A stretch of 63,218 nt of DNA, counting the filler, from Kipferlia bialata (Eukaryota): assembly GCA_003568945.1 (NCBI GenBank). It is 5 parts of 5 records of this genome, joined end to end, with 100 filler letters (N's around TTAATTAATTAA, not from the genome) between each part and the next. Parts side by side here need not be neighbours in the genome. Positions count along the whole stretch, not along the records: positions 36,564 to 54,720 come from BDIP01000490.1; positions 54,821 to 59,668 come from BDIP01000501.1; positions 59,769 to 63,218 come from BDIP01000566.1; 2 more parts are not named here. One strand, written 5' to 3'. This document shows, in pieces, positions 49,214 through 60,544 of the stretch. The first letter of the stretch is position 1; the number at the start of each line of letters is the position of its first letter. Both the position numbers and the translations under genes were made by a program. The notes under the pieces were generated by a model. It did no database searches and was not told where the DNA came from. It saw nothing but the letters and a program-made list of their open reading frames with translations.

Positions 49214-52001
49214 GGTGTGCCTGTGTATCTTCCATTAGATAGGGAGTTACCAGCCTGGCACAGGTACTTCAGCCTCAACTATTCTCGGTCACTCTACATC
49301 TGTTACTACTGTAATTATATCAGAGTGTAGATACAGTCGTCTATTTAAGCAATGGTTGTGTTTGATGACCATTTACTTGCAAACCCGATGTCCTTTGTCT
49401 CTCTCTTTCTCTCTCACACCTGACAATCCAGGTTCACCTCTGCCACTGAGCCCCTCCCTGCCAATGTGGTCATTGACATGGGGCAGAAGATATCCCTTAT
49501 CAGGTTGGTAGCTCCAACCCCGTCTAGTGTATCCTATATGTATACAACTATGGTCATTAGCACGAAGCAGTATATTCCTGAACATGTACCTCCGACCCCC
49601 CGACACCCCACCTTTAACACACCCTCCACTGTCTCCATATATATGGTCTGCTCACCTTATAAATCCATTCACTTCTCTATATGGATGTCTCCCCTCCTAT
49701 GTCCCATTCTATGACTAAATGCATTTACATCGTACGACACAGATACCTAGCCTTCTACCCTCCGTCCCTCCTATCTCCCACCTCGATTACTACAAGAGTA
49801 ATATATATTCCCCATATAGGCACGGCTTCCTAGTAGTCTAGCCCTTCTACTTACCCTATCTCACTCATTTCTCGTCCTCTATTCCCGCCTCTAGACGAGG
49901 CATCTTCCCCCACGAAGAGTCCAATCAAACCTTCTCTCTCTCACACACACACCCGACCCCCGTCCTTTCTCCCTCACGAACTGTATACTAACCTCAGACT
50001 AGGCATCTTCCTCCACGGAGAGTCCAACCAGAACCCAGCCCGTGTCAGATACGAGGTATCCTCGGTGTGTATATAAATTGTCAGTAATTGGAAGGATAGT
50101 CATTGTGTATGGGGACCATGTGTATATACTCTAACACCTAGGTCAGTGTGGAGGCCCCTGAGGATGAGGGTTTCGAGTGGGTCACATTGGTGGACACACC
50201 CCTGCCACAGGTAAGCACAGGTTCTTACTCGGTTGTACTATGTGTCAATATGTGTTTCATACTACTGTATGTTCCGAGCGACTGGTGCACATCCAACTCC
50301 CTGAGGAACTGTACTACGTGTCGTGCTATCCCCCTGCGGATTGATGGCCTCTCTCCCCTATTACTCTCCCCATGCATGACTCTCTAATCCCCAGAGAGGA
50401 GGAGCGTTCATGTGGAATATCGTCGATATTCCAAATATCGAGGACAAGCCATGTTACAAGGTCAGCATCCCCATTCGTTTTGTTAACATTGTGTTTAGAG
50501 TGTGACGACATGTGGATGTTCTAGAGAGAGTCACATTCTCTCCTTCATCACCTTAGCGTTACGTCAAGTACCCTATTTCAGCACATATCAATGGTGATAT
50601 GAATGCTACTTACTTTCTGCAACTCCAGCAACGCTCCAATGCATAGTCACTTTCTCTCGCTTACATGCAGACTGCCCGCTATGTCAGGTACACCATTGTC
50701 TCCAACTATGGGGGTTCAGGTGCATACACCACCAAACTCTACCTATTCGGTACTCCAGCCTTGTCACTGCCCACCCTGACAGAGCCTCGGTCCACACTTC
50801 AGGTCCGTTCTAACCACTCTATCTACAAATCTATCCATTCATCAATCACACATCAGGGCCCTTTCAGTTGTGCAGACTCTATGTGTGGCCAGGAGTTCGA
50901 CACAGAAGGTAAAGCCTCTCACTGACTCTCTCTATGTATATCTTCCTTGAACACAGACCATCGTGAGTTGCCTCACACAAGCAGTCTCTCTCTCTCTATC
51001 TCTCACACACACTCCCTCGACATATACATATGTGCTCTTAGAGTAGGTGACCGTGACCTGCACCACACGGAGGTCCATGGGGGCAAGCCCTACCGGTGCG
51101 GAGTAGCGCTATCAGGTGAGAAGGAGAAACTTTCACTCAATTAAGTCATTAATCAATCCTCCTCACTGTCGCAGTGGGTCACTATGAGGCACGTGCTCAC
51201 CCACAGGTGGGAAGAACAGTCTGTCAGGCACTGGACGGGGTAGAAGACTGACCACCTGTCCCCAGTGCTTTGGAACAACAGGTTAGTATTCATTCCACCC
51301 CGTTCCTGTAACCCTGTCTTTCACTCCCCCAAACCACCCCAAGCCATGACGATCATTGGGGCGTATGTAACATCTCTCTATCATTAGTAATGATTCATTA
51401 CGACTAGTGCCTAGTATTGCTGCTGTATTTGTGTATATTCGTGACCTCAGAGGAACTGGCCGCTCACATGCCTCTCCACAGATTCCGCTGTACCCACACC
51501 CAGTGCTCAGACAGAGAGAGTTTCCTCACCCTGGCAGGTATCAATCAACATATACGTATTCAAGAGCCACTAGCAGTGATATCCGATGATTGTGAGTTTG
51601 AGTCAAGCTTTGACCAGAATGGTCCTTCTACTCCTGTCCGAAGCATTCTCACGCACACAGTCTCTGTCAGGTTCTCCCATTCCCTTGTATATGTGCCACA
51701 GCTCTCTCTGCATCTAACCCTAGCACTCCAGGAGCACATGAAAGAGGTGCACAGTGTGTGGCAGTGCCCTATTTGTAATGCGTGCGTTGCTTTCTCTTTC
51801 TCTTAATGAAACTCTTGGGTGAACCGCCCAGGGAAACAGTGGTACTGGAAGACAGATAACAACTATTCCTTAAAAATTCTAGGTTTTACTCATTGGCAGT
51901 GCAAGGATGACCCTAGAGGAGGCACTATTCCACATGAACCAGGCTCACGAGGTATGTAGTAAGGTGTACCATATTAGTACCGAATAACTCTCATTCAGTA
52001 G
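48623..52001 (+). CDS. Discoidin/F5-8 type C (galactose-binding-like) domain plus C2H2 zinc-finger protein
   Basis: The spliced N-terminus reads SFSSQYHHESRALNLL...CWFTSATEPLPANVVIDMG...NPARVRYEVS...WVTLV...TARYVRYTIVSNYGGSGAYTTKLYLFG. It is followed by the fingers FSCADSMCGQEF..LHHTEVH, FRCTHTQC..SFLTLAALQEHMKEVH and WQCPICNAARMTLEEALFHMNQAH (C-x2-C-x12-H-x4-H). Confidence 0.75.
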
Positions 52002-52297
52002 CTTCTACGAGCGTATCAAAACATCATAATGGTTATGGTGTATTAGGTATACAATTAAGTATATATATGCCACATGTTACCTGCAACATGTTTGTTTTAG
52101 TATACTATGACAACATTAGGTGTAACCATAGTGTTGCACGTAGTATTTATTGCGTATTGTGGTTCATATCGAGATATCTGCCCCACTGCCTTCACACAGA
52201 ATGCCAATATCAATATCAATATCGTCACTGTCACTGACTATCCCATGACCCCTCATGTATACGTAGAATACACGATTTAGGCGAATTGACCAATCAG

Positions 52298-53895
52298 GCA
52301 GAGTACAGGAGTATGTGCTCCTTACAGAAGAAGAAGCACCCTGGAATCGTGCTATGTGCATCGTACTACCACGCTGGGAGTCCTGTTTGGGAGGTACAGC
52401 CTTGTAAATTTCTAGATTGGTGTGGTATACGTTCTTCCTGGAGGCCCAGTACTTGACTCTCTTTCTCCAATTCTTTCGATGATTGAGAGTATCTGTCTAC
52501 CACGCTCCTTTCCTCCCTTATGCAGGAAACAGAGGACGACAGGGGAAAGAAGGCCAAGAGATCACTATGTGCATCGTACAACCATGGGAGGAGACCCATA
52601 GAGGCACCAGTGTGGGAGGTGATTAATTCATAAGATTCGTTGATCTTACTCTTTGATATCAGTAATCAGTGGAGTCTGTATTTATGTGTAGTATCTGTTG
52701 GTGACCGCCCAGTCACAGTCCTTCTTGCTCTCTCTCTCTACTCTCTTTTCTCCCCTCTCACCACGCACTCTGCTGGGAAGAGTCTGTAACTCTCACGCCT
52801 TTTCTCACAAAGTGTCTCCCTAAAGAATAGTAAATGAATACATACTCTAACTACAAGGCCTTCCCTCCCATTCGGACCTGGAATACACGCCGGTCAGAGG
52901 TGCGTTTCAATTGGTTGCGGAATCTATTACCTATGTACGTCTTCCTTACACCCAGCACTTCTGTCTTACTGGAACCCCAGACTATCCAGAGAGACTGCCG
53001 GGGAGGTGAGTGTCATGGAAGTGTGCTAAGAGGCAGAGATTGTCCTGAGTATACAAAGTTAGAGATTTAGTTACTCTATCATATAGTATAGTAGTCTTGT
53101 TGTATATGCCGTCTTGTTGGAAAACAGTCTCCCTATTGTCAGTGGCCAGTTACAGCCACAACATGTTTGGCGAATCATATTATCGTAGACAAGATGTAAA
53201 TTACAACCACCCCAGAGGTTCTACTATAGCTGTCCCAACAAAGAAATTAGCCAATCAATGAACAATCTCTCTAACCTCCAGTCCCAATGAGCAAGGGACA
53301 GAGAGAGAGAGCCAGACCGAGGAAGCTCTCCACATTCCTGAGGTGTGATTTGCCCAAACGAGGAGTTCAAGTTGGAACTTCCAACCTGATCTGTGTCTCA
53401 TCCCTCTCTCTCTCTTTCTTTCTCTCTTCTCACACCCTAGGACAGCATTGCACCCCTCTCCAATGTATCTGTCATTGGGGGCCTCGCTGTGTCCTCTGGG
53501 GCCCGCAGTCCAGTGCTGCCGACGGATATCAACATCCAGGAGGCCATAGTGAGGCCTGTGGTGGGAGCACCAAAGGTACATGTAACGCGATCAAGCAATC
53601 CATCTCTATATCAACCAAGCCCATAACCCCAAATTATTCAGTGACACTTCATGACTCCAGGTTGAGGATGGCACACTGCCTGAGAGAGAAGGTGTCACTG
53701 CACCCTCTACTGGTACTCCCAGTGACTCTGAGAGCTCTCTGTCCAAGGACTGGCCCTCGTGTTAGTGTTCACTCGTCACCCATTCCCGAGCAGACTGTCC
53801 CTCTCAACCCACCTACCATCACCATTACGATGGGCCAGCTGGTCAACCTGCTGACGAAGCTGCTGAGGGAGCTTGGAGTGGATGTGACGGAGTGA
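52298..53895 (+). CDS. Poorly resolved hypothetical gene or pseudogene
   Basis: AG/GT-bounded GC-rich segments are present, and two related exons both contain LCASY.H....PVWE. The frames at the 3' end could not be reconciled. Confidence 0.3.
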
Positions 53896-54321
53896 AGTGT
53901 CTATCTCTCCCTACCTTCCCAGTCTATAGACAATCAGCACTTTCGTCTCTTAACTCTCTTAAGGTACCTGAACAATGTATCTGCCGTATACGTTGTTGTG
54001 TGAACGGTATCACCAGACCCTATTACCCAGAACGTCACACATTCCCATGACCCTGCTGCAGGAAACCTCTATCAATCAGTAGCCACGAAGAAATGTCTGG
54101 ATGTCTCTGTGTATCTCTCTATCTCAACCTGCCGATACTCAGCGCCATATTGACAAGGTAACACTCCATTCAATCTGTCACACCTGAGTGAGGCTTCAGA
54201 ATTATTGCCATGGAACAAGAGAGACGATATTAATATATTTGGAGCCAAAAAGTGGAACAATGTGAGTCCACAAATACATTATGACAGAGACGTTCTGTCA
54301 GAGCTGATCTCTTTCACTGAC

Positions 54322-54651
54322 ATGCGTGCCTCTGTCCTGGTTGTGCTTCTTTGTGCTGCCCTTGCTCTCTGCAAGGTACTCCCCACATCTTATTGATATA
54401 CCTGTATTGGGGTGGGAGAACACAGAGTTGTGTATGTATAGAGTGTGGTGTGTCATCCACTTGCCCCATAGCTTAGTGTGTATATGGGATCCCTCTCATG
54501 CCAGATCTCGTACCCCCAGGCCTACTACGGATGGTGTGACTGGTGCCAGGCATCTGCTGTCACCATGGAGGTATGTATAGACACGATTGGTAGAAGTCTC
54601 TCTCTCTGTTTATGAAAATCCTTATATATAGGCATCAACCGTGACCAAGGA
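54322..54651 (+). CDS. Secreted protein N-terminus (signal peptide, CxxC); truncated at contig end
   Basis: MRASVLVVLLCAALALCK|AYYGWCDWCQASAVTME, with canonical splice sites. Confidence 0.5.
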
Positions 54652-54982
54652 GGTATGTGTGCAAGATTGATAGAAAATGAATCCCCCCCCCCCCCCCCCC
54701 CCCCCCCACCCCCACCCCCANNNNNNNNNNNNNNNNNNNNNNNNNNNNNNNNNNNNNNNNNNNNTTAATTAATTAANNNNNNNNNNNNNNNNNNNNNNNN
54801 NNNNNNNNNNNNNNNNNNNNCCAAAAAACCTGGGGTGTAAGGAGGGGCCCCCCCCCCCCCCCCCTTCCTTTGTATCTGGAAGAGTCTTTCCCTCAGGACC
54901 CACTCCACATCCTCTCCCTCAGTCTCTCTCTGAATATTCACTCAGTTAATTTACACCCTGTATACATGTTCTGATCCCCCAG

Positions 54983-55278
54983 GACCCACTCCACCTCCAC
55001 ACACAGACGGGACAACACACGGGGGACATCATCAGGTAGTCATACTATATATATATATATTCATTGTATGTCAGACTCTATGTGGCATGTGTAGTATTAT
55101 GTGTACATAGTGTATACCCAGACGGGACAACACACGGGGGACAGTATCAGGTATACACATTGAATATATTGTCTATCAGACTATAGTGGTACATAGTCAG
55201 TCTGGGTCTAGATTCTCTCTCAATGTATATATTGAGCGAGTTAACATTAGGCCTAGGTCGCACCTTCCAGATGAGTGC

Positions 55279-55317
<39 letters not shown>

Positions 55318-55627
55318 CTTTCTCTCGATTCATGTATATATATTTTAACATATAGGTCTTGGTCGCACCTTCCAGATGAGTGCCTGTGGCTCCTGAGGTT
55401 AGGAAGGGAGGGGTGTATACATCATAAGGAGTCATATAGGAGGTGTACCTTCTCTAGAGAGAGAGAAAGAGAGAGAGAGGCCCCACTGTGAAGATGATTG
55501 CTTCGTGATATTACATCCTTCCCTACTCTTCTCCTGTAAGAGGGAAGATAGAGAGAGAGAGCGTATCTGTGAGTGGTTGATGGTACATGGCCTAAACCCC
55601 TATTGTAGGGGAGCCTGTGCTGGACAC

Positions 55628-55658
<31 letters not shown>

Positions 55659-55726
55659 ATAGAGAGTTAATGAGTGTAATGAATAGAGTTCTGAAGCAAT
55701 GTAGGGGAGCCTGTGCTGGACACTAA
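54983..55726 (+). CDS. 3' fragment of an unknown gene with echo-rich introns
   Basis: The exons DPLHLHTQTGQHTGDII|RSWSHLPDECLWLL|RGACAGH each have partial duplicate copies. The reading frame is not certain. Confidence 0.35.
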
Positions 55727-56145
55727 AGGACAGTGTGTGTGTGTGTGTGTGTGAAAGAGAGAGACAATATAGAGAGAAGACATAGTTTGACACAGAATAG
55801 TATTGTTGGGAATACTGAGAGAGGGGAACCTGTGCTGCACACTCAGAGGGAGAGAGAAAGAGAGAGAGAGGGACAAGAACAGAGAGAATAGAGATGAGAC
55901 AGAAGAGTACTGTTTGGAATACAGAGTGTTTCAAGTATTACCGATATCAAGTTTCCCATTATCAAAGGTCATACTACTACCGGCATAGCATTGACATCCA
56001 GGCAGTGCTATCAGCTAATGGGTCCACCTATATACGACATTCATCATTTGTATGAACTCTAAGTTCTTTGTCATGACTTCTCTCTCTATTCACACAAAAG
56101 GGCACAGTAAATAATGAATGATGTTATATATATCAGTTGTCAGTC

Positions 56146-56190
<45 letters not shown>

Positions 56191-56191
<1 letters not shown>

Positions 56192-58710
56192 TAGTCCAGG
56201 ATATCCGTCACAGCAGCACTGAGGGTGCGCTGAAGTCCTGGAATAAGGGTCTAGCAGAGTAAGAAGGTCTCGCCAATACTATAATCTATATATATGCACA
56301 CTATATACCTGGCATTGATGTGAGTCTGGACACACTCCCAGGGTCAAGGAACTCAGCAACGCCTATGGGTGAATATAGGATGTGGAAGGGGAGAGGGATG
56401 CGGACAGAGGGGCAAATATCTAGAAGAGTAAAATAGTCCATATGCACACATATATTTACACTATGCACACTATATACCTAGTAACAACAGCACATCGTGT
56501 GTCATGGATGATATGGATGGACTCCACCCCCCACACACAGGGGCAGTCACTCTATATACATATTCATACTATATATATAATACACACATATATATGTACA
56601 GAATACATATATCTACCTAGTAACAGCAACACGTCATGAGTGAGTGAGGATATACTGGGACTCCACCCCCCACACACAGGGGCAGTCACATCTAGGACCT
56701 TCACCTGGGCCTGGGAATTAGTGGAGTAGCTATAGTAATAATATCATAATTATGGGTGTAGTGGAGGTATTAAGGGTTGAGTGAGTATATGTAGTACCTT
56801 GACTCCTAGTATTGGCTTCTTGAGCGAGTATCCGTACTGCTGCAGCATGTCTGTGTCCTTGGTGCAGGAGGGGGGGACAACATCGCCTATATATTAGAAT
56901 ATACCAAAGTGTAAAGTGTATACAGTATGTGTCCATAGTATATATGTTGGAGCATGTCTGTGNNNNNNNNNNNNNNNNNNNNNNNNNNNNNAGTATATAT
57001 GTTGGAGCATGTCTGTGTCCTTGGTGCAGGAGGGGGGGACAACATCGCCTTATGTTAGTATATATCAAAGTGTATAGTGTATACAGTATGTGTATCCATA
57101 GTATATATGTTGGAGCATGTCTGTGTCCTTGGTGCATGAGGGGGGCACTACATCGCCTGGTATTAGTATATATGCATAATATATACATGCATAATATATA
57201 CATGTATATGGTATACTATGTGTATGTGTATATGATTGAGGGTAAGTTAGTGTCCTTGGTGCAGGAGGGGGGCACAACATCACCTGGGTGTTAGTATACA
57301 TAGTATATAGAGTACATATACATGTATATATGTCGTATATATATGCAGCATGTCTGTGTCCTTGGTGCAGGAGGGGGGGACTACATCACCTGATGTATAA
57401 GTATATATGTATATATATACATGTATATATATGTGTATGGTATACTTAGTATATGTGTACATGATTGAGGGTATGTCTGTGTCATGGGTGGAACTACATA
57501 TGTGTATATACCTTCGTAGTTACTGCTACACCGCATGTTGCTACTGACTGTCTGCCTCTTGTCCATGTCTAGTATAGATATATCATATATAAATACTAAT
57601 GCCCATATATATAATTATATATACACATATGTGTACACTCATACCTTCATAATTGCTACTGCATCTCATGTTTGATGACACTGTCTGCCTCTTGTCCATG
57701 TCGAGTATGGGCAGATGAAGAATATATATATTGATATATAATAATACATACTGTATAGTATATACCTTCATAGTTACTGCTACAGCGCATGTTACTAGAC
57801 ACTGTCTGTCTCTTGTCCATGTCGAGTATATAGTCATGAGTATACAATCAGAATAGTACCTTCATAATTGCTACTGCATCTCATGTTGCTAGACACTGTC
57901 TGTCTCTTGTCCATGTCGAGTATGGGCAGGTGGGACCGGGTCAGATAGGGGTTGATACTACTGTTAGTAATAAATACATATAACTGTATATAATATATGA
58001 TATGCAGTAAATACAATATATAATAGTCCAGTATGGGCAGGTGGGACCGGGTCAGGTAGGGGTTGATACTACTGTTAGTAATGCATATATATATAATTGT
58101 AGATAATTCATAGTACGCAATATAGTATGTATAATCAATGTAGTATATACAGTATATATAGTATATTGTATAAATAATATATAGGGGTGATGCTGGAGTG
58201 AGCAACATTAAAAAATATATACATTTATACAAATGTATATAATAGAGAATATGCAAAATATAGTATGTATAATCAATGTAGTATATAGTATATAGTATGT
58301 ATAGTATATAGTGTGTAAAATCAATGTAGTAGTCTAGTATGGGCAGGTGGGATCGGGTCAGGTAGGGGGTGATGATACAGGTAAGACACGGAGATAATGT
58401 GAAGGATACACACGCAAAGTGAATATATATATATATACTTCACATATATAGAGAGAGAGGACTAACAATTACCTGAACACACTGTCCCCAGACAAGGTGC
58501 CCTTCCTAGTTACTAGGGACCTCTCCTGCACAAGAGTGGCACTGACTGACATTAGGGGGGTAGAGAGAGAGGAAGAGAGAGAGGGCTCTCCTGCACAAGA
58601 GGAATATGCATATATACTAACCTAGTTTCTCATCACTCTCCGTGTGTCTCCTTGTCTGCATCAGTGCACCTCTCTTCTGTAGCAAAGACATGGCTGGTAT
58701 TAGGGGTGTA

Positions 58711-58741
<31 letters not shown>

Positions 58742-59278
58742 TATACGGGAAAGAGACATGTCTGGGTGTTAAGGGTGTAGAGAGAGGGAGATAGTAACTG
58801 AGACTGCATTGTTGTCATAATCATATACATTGGTAGAGATATATAGATAGTCTATGGTACAAGGAAAGTATATATAGTTATGGACATGCAATACACACAT
58901 GCATACCTGACTCTAGCAATGGGTCGTTGGGGTCAGGTGTCTCCTTGTCATCTGGCACAGAGGCGCCCTTGGCAAAGGCTACGATAAGGGTATGAGAATA
59001 CGAAGATAGTACGTAGAATAGCATATACAGGTCCAAAAATGAAATGAAAAAACCTTCACAATAGTCCACTAGCAATGCCCCACTGCTGAGTAGTTCATAG
59101 ACCCAGGCATTGATGTCGTTGGCCAGGTACAGACCGCTGATGCCTGGGGTGAGTATATATATACTTACGTACACTTGTATATATGTATCTACATGACCAC
59201 ACATACCGGCTAATGGGTGTCTGGGCGATGCCCTCAAGAAGAGACTGTCCAGAAGGGAGGACTTGATATGCCTTGGGT

Positions 59279-59311
<33 letters not shown>

Positions 59312-59392
59312 GGAGGAGATACCACACAGAATTAACACTCACCGCATGTCCACCGACTCAAAGAGCTCTGCCCCCACTCTGCTGTGCCTGAC
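56191..59392 (-). CDS. Hypothetical multi-exon protein (5' partial) with heavily echo-filled introns
   Basis: In-frame exons: VRHSRVGAELFESVDM, GISGLYLANDINAWVYELLSSG, SINPYLTRSHLPILDMDKRQTVSSNMRCSSNYE, GDVVPPSCTKDTDMLQQYGYSLKKP, DVTAPVCGGWSPSISSLTHDVLLLL and GLQRTLSAAVTDILD*. Confidence 0.65.
56845..58365 (-). repeat. Stacked partial exon/splice-site duplications ('echoes')
   Basis: Five or more copies of the DVVPPSCTKDT acceptor edge, four copies of the ILDMDKRQTVSSNMRCSSNYEG donor edge and three copies of the PYLTRSHLPILD edge, separated by TA-rich spacers. Confidence 0.9.
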
Positions 59393-59824
59393 CTGGGGTG
59401 AATAAAGGGTGTAGGAGGATGGAATAAGGGTGTAGGAGGATGGATTATGGGTGTAGGAGGGTGAACAAAGGATGTAGCATGAATACAATATACTATATTG
59501 GGATGATGCATTTCTCTCTTTGTAGTAGGTAGTCTTCTTTACGGAGCGGGGTTATCTATAGAGTGATTGAATAGAATAAATGGTGAAATTGAAAACAATG
59601 TGGGGATATTCACACAAGAAGAACGTACCTTCCACCCCCTTCTGACCGTGGAGTCTCTATGTTTAAAGNNNNNNNNNNNNNNNNNNNNNNNNNNNNNNNN
59701 NNNNNNNNNNNNTTAATTAATTAANNNNNNNNNNNNNNNNNNNNNNNNNNNNNNNNNNNNNNNNNNNNGTTGGGGGGGGGGGGGGGGGGGGGGGGAGAGA
59801 TGAAAGAATCCAGTGGTAAGTCAC

Positions 59825-60311
59825 CTGGCGTGCTCTGATGCGCTCCCTCTCGGCTGCTTCCCGGGCCTTCCTGAGGGTAAGAGTGAGTGAGTGTTCATAT
59901 ATACACTGAGATGGTACATGCCAGCTTATGTCCTGCGATACTCTAGTCTGTATAGGCAGACGAGTCCTGTACCTCTCGTCGTCCTCAGCCTTCTTCTGCT
60001 TCTTGGCGGCCACGGCCTGCCTCTGCTCGTCTAGGGAGGCCCGTCTGGCAGCATTGACCCCGTGCTGGGTCAGATACCTGGCAGTGAGGCCACAGAGAGC
60101 ATACACATATATCGATAGGATGTATTAAGCCAAGGGTGGGGTAGGGGGGGGGGCGAGAGCGGGAGAGATGGGGGAGAGAGAGAGAGAAAGACTCCCATCC
60201 GAGTCACCTTGCAATGTAGTCAATGGCATCCTCAGGCCGCCTCTCCACAACCTCTGCAATAGCACGAGACAGGACGGGTCCGACCGTCTCCTTCAGGTAC
60301 TCTGCGTTCAT
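59825..60311 (-). CDS. Dpy-30 motif protein (DYDC/radial-spoke-like) with coiled coil; truncated at contig end
   Basis: MNAEYLKETVGPVLSRAIAEVVERRPEDAIDYIARYL matches the Dpy-30 motif YL...V...L..GL.EV...RP.DPI.YLA.YL. Confidence 0.8.
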
Positions 60312-60544
60312 CTGTCAGAAGACGGTGCCGAGTGGTGTGGTGTATGGGGGACACTGGCTACTGAGAAGGCACTCAGAATATTCAATACAGAAACACCCGT
60401 AATATAATGCCACGCACACATTGCATATGACAGTTTCATTATTTTATGGACCATATGAAAAATAGTGAGAGGGGTTAGCCATACTCAACAGCTACCCTTC
60501 ATCCACACACCCGTCTCCAAGCAGTCCCCTCTCCAGATACACAA

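Noticed and set aside
51775..51900. Possible GC-AG intron in the last zinc finger
   Set aside because: A GT donor with the downstream GGCAG acceptor gives a canonical C-x2-C-x12-H-x4-H finger.
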